Positions 48,875 to 57,644 of a stretch of DNA of 64,000 nucleotides are shown here, piece after piece. How positions within the stretch are numbered: the stretch's first letter is position 1; each line of letters opens with the position of its first letter. This DNA comes from an uncultured virus (IMG/VR IMGVR_UViG_3300008117_000029) (lineage: Duplodnaviria; Heunggongvirae; Uroviricota; Caudoviricetes): the IMG/VR virus record IMGVR_UViG_3300008117_000029, positions 62,001 through 126,000 of that record. One strand, given 5' to 3'. The notes under the pieces were generated by a model. The model saw only the letters and a list, made by a program, of their open reading frames with translations, had not been told where the DNA came from and searched no databases. A program made the translations under genes and the position numbers.

Positions 48875-51800
48875 ATGTCTAACATATTTGTTTATAATCA
48901 GTCACCACCCACAATTACTATAAGTCAAATTGACTTTAACGGTGTTACAGCAACTTGTGATGTGGGATGTCCTTGTACGCCAAGTTCGAGTACTTGTGCA
49001 TTCACCACTACACAAGTTGGTGAGTACACTCTTACTGTATATTGGAGTAATGGGTTGTTGAATGGTTGTATCGAGGTTACAGATAGTACTGGTAGAAAAC
49101 AAAATTTTGATGCGGGTGCTGGCGGCTCGGCAACTCAATCTTTTCCCAACGTAATTTACGACGGGATTACTGAAATAGGAATATCAATATACGACAATTT
49201 TTGTGGTCCATTAGGTGCAAACACCTTTTTGGTTTCATACTCAGTCATAAGTGGTCCGTCTGCTTGTTCTGATTTTGCATCTACAGGTGGTACAGGTTAT
49301 TACACCTCATCAGTAGAAGGACTTTGGAGTGGTAGTACTTTATATTCTGACTCAGGTCTTACAACATTTGCGCCTGACGGATATTATTCTAACGGAATCT
49401 ATTCTTGGGAAATAAGTGGAAGTAATGGGATTCTAAACAATCAAGAACTTTGTTCAGTAGGGCCTGTAGTTTCTTCAACTCCAACAGAAACTCCGACCGA
49501 AACTCCTACCCCTACACCAACTCCAACTGTAACAGAAACGCCAACAGAAACTCCAACCCCTACTCCAACGGACCCAGACCCTCCAGCTCCAGCAATCTCG
49601 CAAACACAAACACAAACACCTACCCCAACACCACAGACAGGTTGTGTTCAATATTCATTATATTTAGGTTTTTCAGGGCCTATTTCAGAACCTTATTCTT
49701 ACACTGATTGTGATTCTGTACCCCAAAACGCCACAATAACCAACGGTAATACTGATGTTTTTTGTGCACTGGCTGGAACCGTTATAAGCGGTCCATCTGC
49801 AATTTTGACCGTTGTTGGTCCTTGTTTTGTAAGCCCATCACAAACACCGACACCAACTCTTACTGAGACGCCAACTACAACACCTACCCCAACACCTACC
49901 CTAACACCACCTGGTGATTGCGAATGTTGGGAAATCACTAACAATGATATTGTAGATATTTCAATCAGATACTACGCGTGTAATGGAAATGAGGAATGTG
50001 TTCAAGTTGATGTGACATCAAGTAGATATATTTGTATATCGGGTGGAACACAAGGATTAAAACTTGTTTCATCGGGAACTACCTGTGCAGGAGGACCTGA
50101 GCCTTTATATACTTGGACATCTTTGGGAGGAACTTGTGTGGTTGATGGAGATTGTGGTGTAGTCCCTTCTCCTACGCCAACTCAAACACAAACTCCAACC
50201 CCTTCAACTCCTTGTAATTGTACATATTTTGATGTTACAATTGCACAACCTGACTTGGATGATGCCACGGGTAATACACCTTCGTCACTAAACAACACTA
50301 TATTCGTAGACTATTACAATTGTTATAATATACTGACCACGGCAAGTTTTGCTGACGCAGGAACTTTCGACGATTCATTTTGTGCAAATTACGTTCAGTC
50401 GACTTATTATTATAAAAACAATGTCGCTTACTTTCCAGTATCGTCTTATGCTACGGATACATTTGTAGATTGTTGTGGTACTCCAACACCTACACCGACA
50501 ACAACTGAAACTCCAACTGAAACTCCAACCGAAACGCCTACACCAACAACAACCGCAACTATAGGTTCGTCACCTACAGCAACAGAAACACCTACACAAA
50601 CACCATCTGAAACCCCTACTCAAACACCTTCTGAAACCCCAACTCAGACTCCTACAATAACCGAAACTCCCACACAAACACCAACTGAGACTATTACTCA
50701 AACGCCTTCAGAAACTCCTACACAAACACCATCCGAAACCCCAACTCAGACCCCTACATCAACTATTGGTTCATCCCCTACAGCAACTGAGACTCCTACA
50801 CAAACACCTTCAGAAACTCCAACTCAGACGCCTTCACAGACTCTATCACCAACCCCTGATGTAACACCAACCCAAACTCAAACCGAAACTCCGACACAGA
50901 CACCTTCTGTAACTCCAGACCCAACTCAAACGCCATCTAATACCCCAACTAACACTCAAACACCGACACAAAACCTAATAGGGTTCCGTGATTGTGTTTC
51001 AGGGACTTTATTCAGATTTGAGGATTTACCAGTTGCAGTTGTGGTTGACGATGTCTATCTTATCACAGGTTCTACAGAATATGAAGGATGTGCGACAGTT
51101 GTTGATTCGGGAAGTGGTCCAATATATGATGGAACATCGGTTACATTTACAAATGTAACAGGTTGCGGTTCTACACTTTGTCCAAGAGTTGCGAGTGTTG
51201 CTGCATTATTGATTGACTGTTCCACTGAAGAAATATTTTATGCCAATGTTGATGAAGATACCGCTTATCAAGGAGCGGTTTATGAATATAACAATAGATG
51301 TTATAGATTCGAAGAGTTTTCAGGTCCTGGTGGACCTGATTTGGGTGCACCTGATTGGGGTAGTTGTAGAGCTTGTCTATTGAACACACCAACGCCAACC
51401 CCGTATTCAACACCAACAAACACTCCGACAGTATCTTCGACACCAGCGGCTTGTGATTCGGGTGAATTTTGCTTTACTACAACCCTACCTTCTTTGTTGA
51501 ATTACAATGGACTTTACGTTTCAGGTGCAACTTATAATGGTAGAATCTCCTATTCTGGTGGAAGCGTCAGCTTGGGTTACATTTATTATTTTACATCAGT
51601 TACTGAGAGTTATTGGTGTCTGAGCACCTCTCTCGGTGGGACTTGTTTATTGAAGGGCTCGTCTCCATGTTACTCTGCGTGTCCTGATATATCTTTCGGT
51701 TCTTTTGAACCAGGAGTTTGTCCAACTCCAACTCCAACGCCAATAAATTGTGACACCTTCGATTTCAATGCATACTTTGACTGTGATTGGGAACCAGTCC

Positions 51801-53176
51801 CAACACCAAGTCCGTCAGTTCCTTGTGACGATGTGAATTTCATTTTCACTTCCATAGGTGTAACGCCAACTCCATCACCAACAGGATTGATATGTCTTGG
51901 GAAAAGTGTCGACTTTGAGATTAATTATGTTCCTGATTCAACCCCAACCCCTTCAAACACACCAACGATAACACTGACAAGAACAGTTCCTGCGGATGGA
52001 CAAGTTACCTTCAATATATTTGAAGAAACATTCAGTTGTGTTTCGGTTAAGGTATTGAATCAATGTGGAACTGAAAATTATTTCTACACTTCTGACCCAC
52101 TTGTGTTTGAGGAAATTCCAATCCAAACTGAGATGGTATTCTCGGCGGTTATTAATGAAACAATTCTTTGCTTGAAGTATTTGAGGGATGATTCAAACTT
52201 ATCATCTAACACGAACGTAGACTCGATAATTGATATTTTTGGAAACGATTGTTCGAAATGTTCAACAGTCCCTTCACCATCACCTTCAACGACGATAACA
52301 TCAACACCTACATCAACACCAACGATGACAATTACGCCGACACAAACTTCGTCCTCGACTCCTACATTCACGCCAACTCCAACACAGACAACAACTCCTG
52401 GTCTTACACCAACAGCAACACCAAGGCCAAGTTATTCATCAACGCCAACCCAAACTCAGACTCCATCACAAACACCGTCTTATAGTCCTACTTCAACGAT
52501 GACCCCAACGCCAAGTGAAACCCCTTGTTTGGTATATGTTTATTCAAGTTGTATTCCAATTAGTCCAAATACAGTCAGAACATATATGATTCAAACACAA
52601 CAATCACCAATACAGACTACAGTTGGAAGACAATTTAAAGATGCTGATGGAAATTGTTGGACCTATGAGGGTGAATTTGATTGTAATTATTTTGCACCTA
52701 TCAAAATTGCAACCTCACAAAGATTCGATGGAGATTACTTTGCTTCAGCACCTGATAAAACCTATTTGAGTTGTGATACGTGTTTGAGTAGTGTTGATGA
52801 AGTTGAGGTTTATTTGAATGTAAGTTTGGAAAATAATGGAGACGGAACTTATAATATGAACTTCGTCTTATCTAGCACACCTGATGAAATTAACCTAACC
52901 ACCCTTCCGTTTGATATTGGTAATGAATTCGGACAATACATTCGTTACGGTGCACAATGTGGGTTTGTTGATGTCAGTGGAACTTGGTATCTCCTTTCAG
53001 GTAACTCACAAACAACAAAAGTTGTTGAATGTAACAAGTATGGCGGTTTCGTGTTGAATTCAGTTCAACTTACAAATCCACCATTCAATTACAAACCTCT
53101 TGTAGGATGTTACACAATTGTTTTCCCATCAGTGACAGGAACTTTGTATAAAATTTTTATAAAACGAACAACATAA
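48875..53176 (+). CDS. Large mucin-like Thr/Pro-repeat, Cys-rich modular protein (putative virion surface protein)
   Basis: 1433 aa; many TPTPT/TPSETPTQ tracts separating short Cys-rich modules; shares the [19 protein letters not shown] module with 35960-37447. Confidence 0.7.
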   Translation: MSNIFVYNQSPPTITISQIDFNGVTATCDVGCPCTPSSSTCAFTTTQVGEYTLTVYWSNGLLNGCIEVTDSTGRKQNFDAGAGGSATQSFPNVIYDGITEIGISIYDNFCGPLGANTFLVSYSVISGPSACSDFASTGGTGYYTSSVEGLWSGSTLYSDSGLTTFAPDGYYSNGIYSWEISGSNGILNNQELCSVGPVVSSTPTETPTETPTPTPTPTVTETPTETPTPTPTDPDPPAPAISQTQTQTPTPTPQTGCVQYSLYLGFSGPISEPYSYTDCDSVPQNATITNGNTDVFCALAGTVISGPSAILTVVGPCFVSPSQTPTPTLTETPTTTPTPTPTLTPPGDCECWEITNNDIVDISIRYYACNGNEECVQVDVTSSRYICISGGTQGLKLVSSGTTCAGGPEPLYTWTSLGGTCVVDGDCGVVPSPTPTQTQTPTPSTPCNCTYFDVTIAQPDLDDATGNTPSSLNNTIFVDYYNCYNILTTASFADAGTFDDSFCANYVQSTYYYKNNVAYFPVSSYATDTFVDCCGTPTPTPTTTETPTETPTETPTPTTTATIGSSPTATETPTQTPSETPTQTPSETPTQTPTITETPTQTPTETITQTPSETPTQTPSETPTQTPTSTIGSSPTATETPTQTPSETPTQTPSQTLSPTPDVTPTQTQTETPTQTPSVTPDPTQTPSNTPTNTQTPTQNLIGFRDCVSGTLFRFEDLPVAVVVDDVYLITGSTEYEGCATVVDSGSGPIYDGTSVTFTNVTGCGSTLCPRVASVAALLIDCSTEEIFYANVDEDTAYQGAVYEYNNRCYRFEEFSGPGGPDLGAPDWGSCRACLLNTPTPTPYSTPTNTPTVSSTPAACDSGEFCFTTTLPSLLNYNGLYVSGATYNGRISYSGGSVSLGYIYYFTSVTESYWCLSTSLGGTCLLKGSSPCYSACPDISFGSFEPGVCPTPTPTPINCDTFDFNAYFDCDWEPVPTPSPSVPCDDVNFIFTSIGVTPTPSPTGLICLGKSVDFEINYVPDSTPTPSNTPTITLTRTVPADGQVTFNIFEETFSCVSVKVLNQCGTENYFYTSDPLVFEEIPIQTEMVFSAVINETILCLKYLRDDSNLSSNTNVDSIIDIFGNDCSKCSTVPSPSPSTTITSTPTSTPTMTITPTQTSSSTPTFTPTPTQTTTPGLTPTATPRPSYSSTPTQTQTPSQTPSYSPTSTMTPTPSETPCLVYVYSSCIPISPNTVRTYMIQTQQSPIQTTVGRQFKDADGNCWTYEGEFDCNYFAPIKIATSQRFDGDYFASAPDKTYLSCDTCLSSVDEVEVYLNVSLENNGDGTYNMNFVLSSTPDEINLTTLPFDIGNEFGQYIRYGAQCGFVDVSGTWYLLSGNSQTTKVVECNKYGGFVLNSVQLTNPPFNYKPLVGCYTIVFPSVTGTLYKIFIKRTT

Positions 53177-53177
53177 G

Positions 53178-53396
53178 ATGGCAGTTCAAGTTACAATAAA
53201 TGGTATAACAGGACAATCACCATTTGACATTTATATCTGTCAACCAAACGGTAGTGGTTGCTTTTATATTAATACTATAACAACTCTTCCATATGATTTT
53301 GATATACCACAACCATATGATACTGGACTGGCTTACATGTTGAAAGTAATTGATTCGCAGAATTGCATAATCTCAGGAGTAACTTATGTAGCATGA
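53178..53396 (+). CDS. Small single-domain protein (72 aa) of a three-member paralogue family
   Basis: MAVQVTINGITGQSPFDIYICQPNGSGC...YMLKVIDSQNC. Confidence 0.7.
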   Translation: MAVQVTINGITGQSPFDIYICQPNGSGCFYINTITTLPYDFDIPQPYDTGLAYMLKVIDSQNCIISGVTYVA

Positions 53397-54733
53397 GTCA
53401 ATTTGTAACTATCCAATCTGTAACTGCAAATACACCAGTTGACATATATTATTGTAACTCGGGTGGTGGCGACTGTCAATTTGTTGCGTCGGTTGCAACA
53501 TTTCCATTCTCATTCTATGTCCCATCACCATATAGTGAATCAACAATTGTTATTAAAATTGAAGATACCCAAGGTTGTATTGATGAGATTCCTATAGATA
53601 TAACTCCCACACCAACACCAAATGTCACTAAAACCCCAACCATGACACCAACCCCGTCGTATTCACCTACCTTGTCACCAACCCAAACGCCATCCATGAC
53701 ACCAACAAATTCACCCACTACCTCGAATACAGCAACTATATCATCAACACCAACCGCAACACCTCTTGTTGTTTTTCACCCGACAGCTGATAGTTGTTCA
53801 TCACCACTCAATCTAACAGGTTATTATACATACATTTCAGAGGCAAATTTAGTCCCTGTTGTAGGTGCCACAATTTACCAAACACTTCTAAACGGGGTAT
53901 TATATAACCCTTTGAATGGGGGTGGGAACACATATATCATTTCTTTCGGAGGAACATTATATCAAGTGGTAATTGATTCCCAAGGTAAAATAGTATCTTT
54001 TTCACTTTGTGTTCCATCGACACCAACACAAACTCAAACTCCATCCCAAACCCAAACTCCTACCCAATCTGAAACACCTCCTCAAACTCCTACCCAAACA
54101 GAAACCCCTTCACAAACGCCAACGGTTACACCTTCATTTGTTGAGTTTCTTTTATCATATGGGGCAACTATATGTGGGTCAGAAATAAATTGGACATCAA
54201 AAACAAAAGAAGAAGTGAAATGTGATTTTATAGAAGCTTTCGACCCATTAGTTGAGGTAGATGGAAACGCAGGGTATTATTACAATTCTTCAACTACTTT
54301 AGGACCTGGCAGTCAATTATATTATAATCTTTTTGGAATATTTTTTGTAAACACAACTCTTACAGGAAAATATGTATACGGACCATCTACGTATCCAGCA
54401 AATCCTGATATATCGTCACCACCACTTTATGTTATGGAAATCTTAAATGGTGTTGTAGTGGCAATAACTAATTTCGATGATATAAGCTCTTGTGGAACTT
54501 ATGTTTGTCCATGTTTGTGTTATTACTTTGAAAATCAAGATGTTGTGGGTTCAACAATACAATATACTTTATGTGATGGTTCAGTAGTTGGTGAACCACT
54601 TTCTGCAGGTTCAAAAGTCGAAAGGTGCATCCGAGCTGGGTCGGGTGATTTTTCAGGTGGGGTTACATCAATTCAACCTTGTAGTAGTGTAACTATTTGC
54701 ACTGATAGCGTAGATTGTGGTGGATGTTCATAA
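53393..54733 (+). CDS. Thr/Pro-repeat, Cys-rich modular protein (~446 aa)
   Basis: ATG 53393 (ATGA overlap); N-terminal domain paralogous to 53178; two TP tracts; Cys-rich C-terminus. Confidence 0.7.
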   Translation: MSQFVTIQSVTANTPVDIYYCNSGGGDCQFVASVATFPFSFYVPSPYSESTIVIKIEDTQGCIDEIPIDITPTPTPNVTKTPTMTPTPSYSPTLSPTQTPSMTPTNSPTTSNTATISSTPTATPLVVFHPTADSCSSPLNLTGYYTYISEANLVPVVGATIYQTLLNGVLYNPLNGGGNTYIISFGGTLYQVVIDSQGKIVSFSLCVPSTPTQTQTPSQTQTPTQSETPPQTPTQTETPSQTPTVTPSFVEFLLSYGATICGSEINWTSKTKEEVKCDFIEAFDPLVEVDGNAGYYYNSSTTLGPGSQLYYNLFGIFFVNTTLTGKYVYGPSTYPANPDISSPPLYVMEILNGVVVAITNFDDISSCGTYVCPCLCYYFENQDVVGSTIQYTLCDGSVVGEPLSAGSKVERCIRAGSGDFSGGVTSIQPCSSVTICTDSVDCGGCS

Positions 54734-54764
54734 ATAAAAAAATGGAAAAGATAATTATAAATTA

Positions 54765-57614
54765 ATGGCTTGTATTAACTATCAAATAACAAATGGGTCC
54801 GCAATTTTACCTGCAACTCCTATAGGGTTTGACTGTGAATTGAATCCTATTCCTACAATTCCACCGAGCGGCACAATAACTGTTTGTTCCTATACTGTGC
54901 CAGGTCAAGCTCCAGGTGAGTTCATAATACTCACAGTTCTCGGTGCTTGTCCCACGCCCCCTATTCCTTCTTCGAGCCAAACCCCTACACAAACACCGAC
55001 TCAAACCCCCCCGCCAACCCAATCTCAAACCCCACCACCAACACCAACACAAACTATTACGCAAACTAAAACTCCAACCCAAACACCGACCCCTACCAAA
55101 ACTCCCACTAATACCCCTACACCAACGCAGACCCCATCATCCACCCCAATAGTGTGTGGAAGTGCTTATACAACTGGAATATTTTGGTATACAGATTGTT
55201 GTGGTAATTTCCAAAAAGGTGAAAGTTTTGAAGTCCTTGTTTCGTTAGATTATACTCAAGTTTATAGTGGTGTAGTTTTATTGAACGAGCCTGCAACCAC
55301 AGCGTGCCTGACCCCAACACCAACACAAACAGCCTCACCAACAACTACTCTCACAACTACACCGACCCCTACTCAAACGCCAAGTCTGACACCAAATGTA
55401 ACACCAAGTCAAACACCAACACCTAACCCAACACCAGTTTATCGTCCGAAAAACAATTGTGAACCGTTTACCCTTTTCGATTTGGGTGTGAATTGTAATC
55501 TTCTCAAAATGCCTTCAAACTCAGAATCATATGATGGGATTCTCACTTTGAACATCACAGGAGGAACAAGTCCGTATTCAATTTATTGGGCAAATGGTCA
55601 AAGAACAAGAACTTTAACTAACATAGGACCTGGTTATTATCCTGTTACCGTTGTTGATTATTACGGTGACTATACTGCAAACACAGTTTGCTCCATACTT
55701 TTACCGACAGCAAGTCCAACTCCATCCCCAACTGTAACGCCATCCACAACACCTCCACCAGTTTACGCCAACATTTGTTTCTTGGCATACAACAATTCTA
55801 ACGTTGTAGGACCAACAACGTTCAGTCAAAATGGAACGTCTAATGGTAAACCAAGATGGACAAGTAGTAATTCACAGAACATTGTGTGGAAAGGAACAAG
55901 ATGGGAACTTGTTGGTTCAGATTTGATAACACCAATAAACCCTGTGGGGGGAGGTATTTTTGCGTCCTCAACCACTTCATTACCACCTTTAGGTGGTTGG
56001 AGTTTACTTGGTGGAACACAAACTTATACTATAAATGTAACTTTAGGTTCTTGTCCTACAATAATACCACTTCAAGTGACAACAACAAAACAAGATGCGT
56101 CTTGCAACAACCAAACGAACTGTGATGGTTCAATAACGGTTAGTGCGAGATTTGGATTAGCACCATATCAATATTCGATTAATAACGGGGTATCATATCA
56201 AACCTCAAATATTTTTACAAATCTTTGCCCGAACACATACAATATTAGAGTTATAGATGCCGCGAATAATATAGTTAATCAATCGGTTCAAATAAGTTCA
56301 GTGGGAAGTCCACAAACATATCAAATTAATATTATAACACAACCACAATTAAACACTGAGGTATCTTCAAATAATATTTCAACGAAAACAACATATTTTT
56401 ATGTTACTTCGGTTCCGCCTATACCTAATGGAGTTGTGGTTAATTTCAATTTGACAACATCATCTATCAAGACATTCAATGGACCAGGAACAGGAACTTG
56501 TGTAGACAACTTTACTATTCTACAAAATGGTTCAACAAAGACACCTTTCTCCACAGACATAGATACTGTTATTGGAAGTAGACCAAACTGTAATCCCGAG
56601 ACACAAAGAATTGATACTGAGACTGACCAATATTCGTTGGAACTCTCAAATTTTAGCACTGTTTCAGGTTCTACTACTTCGATATTAACAATAACCGATG
56701 GTCAAGTTGGAGCTCAGTCCAACTGCACAACTAATCTACAACAGACAATTTCTTTTCAAGTTTCTGATGTAGTCATCAAAGGATGCACTTGTTGTTCAGC
56801 GGTAGGTGATACAGAAAAAACACAGGTGAATAACAACTCAATCACCTATCAAGGTCAGGTTGATACACCTGAATGTGTAACATGTCAAGGTGTTATTCAA
56901 AGTGGTAACATTTATCTCAACATGAATCAATTAGTTGGAGGATTAATTTGTTCAGGACCAAATAAGGTGGGTTGTTTCCAAAATTTCAGATATAGCCCTA
57001 CTGGTGGTGTTCTTACAATTGATTCAGGACTATCCACATATCCGTGTGGTATATCCCCAAATAATAATGTTCAATACATGCAGGCAAACTTCCAAACACC
57101 AACAAGCGACAATTATTATGTTGAGGTTAAAGCAATGCTGAATGACGTTGAAGTTGGCTCGGGTATTTTCAACGGATTCTGTTCTGCGGGAATAAATGAA
57201 AGTGTTAGTGTTGTTATGTATAACCCGATTAATCTTGTTGCAGGTGATGTGTTCAAGATGGTTTATAATAGTGATGGTGGAAGTATTGTTTGTAATCCTG
57301 TGACAAGTTTGATTGTGACACCAACTACTAATTTGGGTGAACCCGCAGTGGACATAGTAATTACTACGCAAAACATTGTGACAATTGATACTAGTTTTTC
57401 GATTCAGATTGAGACGAGTAACTATGGGGTATTTTATAAAACCGTAACAATAACAAGTGGAAATTCTTCGGGTAATATGATAGACAACGTTTCAGGAAGT
57501 CCAGGACCTGACCCAACAATAGTTGCTTATTGTATTGACAGCGTAGATAATTCTCTTATCTCTTGTTCATCAAAACAATGTTCAAACGCGAGCTGTAAAT
57601 GTGCACAGGATTAA
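54765..57614 (+). CDS. Thr/Pro-repeat, Cys-rich protein with SprB-like repeats
   Basis: 949 aa; three TP tracts; DGILTLNITGGTSPYSIYW and DASC...DGSITVSARFGLAPYQYSIN units; TAATTATA variant motif at 54752-54759. Confidence 0.7.
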   Translation: MACINYQITNGSAILPATPIGFDCELNPIPTIPPSGTITVCSYTVPGQAPGEFIILTVLGACPTPPIPSSSQTPTQTPTQTPPPTQSQTPPPTPTQTITQTKTPTQTPTPTKTPTNTPTPTQTPSSTPIVCGSAYTTGIFWYTDCCGNFQKGESFEVLVSLDYTQVYSGVVLLNEPATTACLTPTPTQTASPTTTLTTTPTPTQTPSLTPNVTPSQTPTPNPTPVYRPKNNCEPFTLFDLGVNCNLLKMPSNSESYDGILTLNITGGTSPYSIYWANGQRTRTLTNIGPGYYPVTVVDYYGDYTANTVCSILLPTASPTPSPTVTPSTTPPPVYANICFLAYNNSNVVGPTTFSQNGTSNGKPRWTSSNSQNIVWKGTRWELVGSDLITPINPVGGGIFASSTTSLPPLGGWSLLGGTQTYTINVTLGSCPTIIPLQVTTTKQDASCNNQTNCDGSITVSARFGLAPYQYSINNGVSYQTSNIFTNLCPNTYNIRVIDAANNIVNQSVQISSVGSPQTYQINIITQPQLNTEVSSNNISTKTTYFYVTSVPPIPNGVVVNFNLTTSSIKTFNGPGTGTCVDNFTILQNGSTKTPFSTDIDTVIGSRPNCNPETQRIDTETDQYSLELSNFSTVSGSTTSILTITDGQVGAQSNCTTNLQQTISFQVSDVVIKGCTCCSAVGDTEKTQVNNNSITYQGQVDTPECVTCQGVIQSGNIYLNMNQLVGGLICSGPNKVGCFQNFRYSPTGGVLTIDSGLSTYPCGISPNNNVQYMQANFQTPTSDNYYVEVKAMLNDVEVGSGIFNGFCSAGINESVSVVMYNPINLVAGDVFKMVYNSDGGSIVCNPVTSLIVTPTTNLGEPAVDIVITTQNIVTIDTSFSIQIETSNYGVFYKTVTITSGNSSGNMIDNVSGSPGPDPTIVAYCIDSVDNSLISCSSKQCSNASCKCAQD

Positions 57615-57632
57615 TAAAAAAAGGATGACAAA

Positions 57633-57640
57633 TATTTATT
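57633..57640 (+). promoter_or_regulatory. TATTTATT motif, candidate late promoter
   Basis: 4 nt before ATG 57645. Confidence 0.5.
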
Positions 57641-57644
57641 CGTA

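Noticed and set aside
33423..57614. Diversity-generating retroelement acting on the fibre/adhesin genes
   Set aside because: No reverse transcriptase and no adenine-specific TR/VR pair seen in this window
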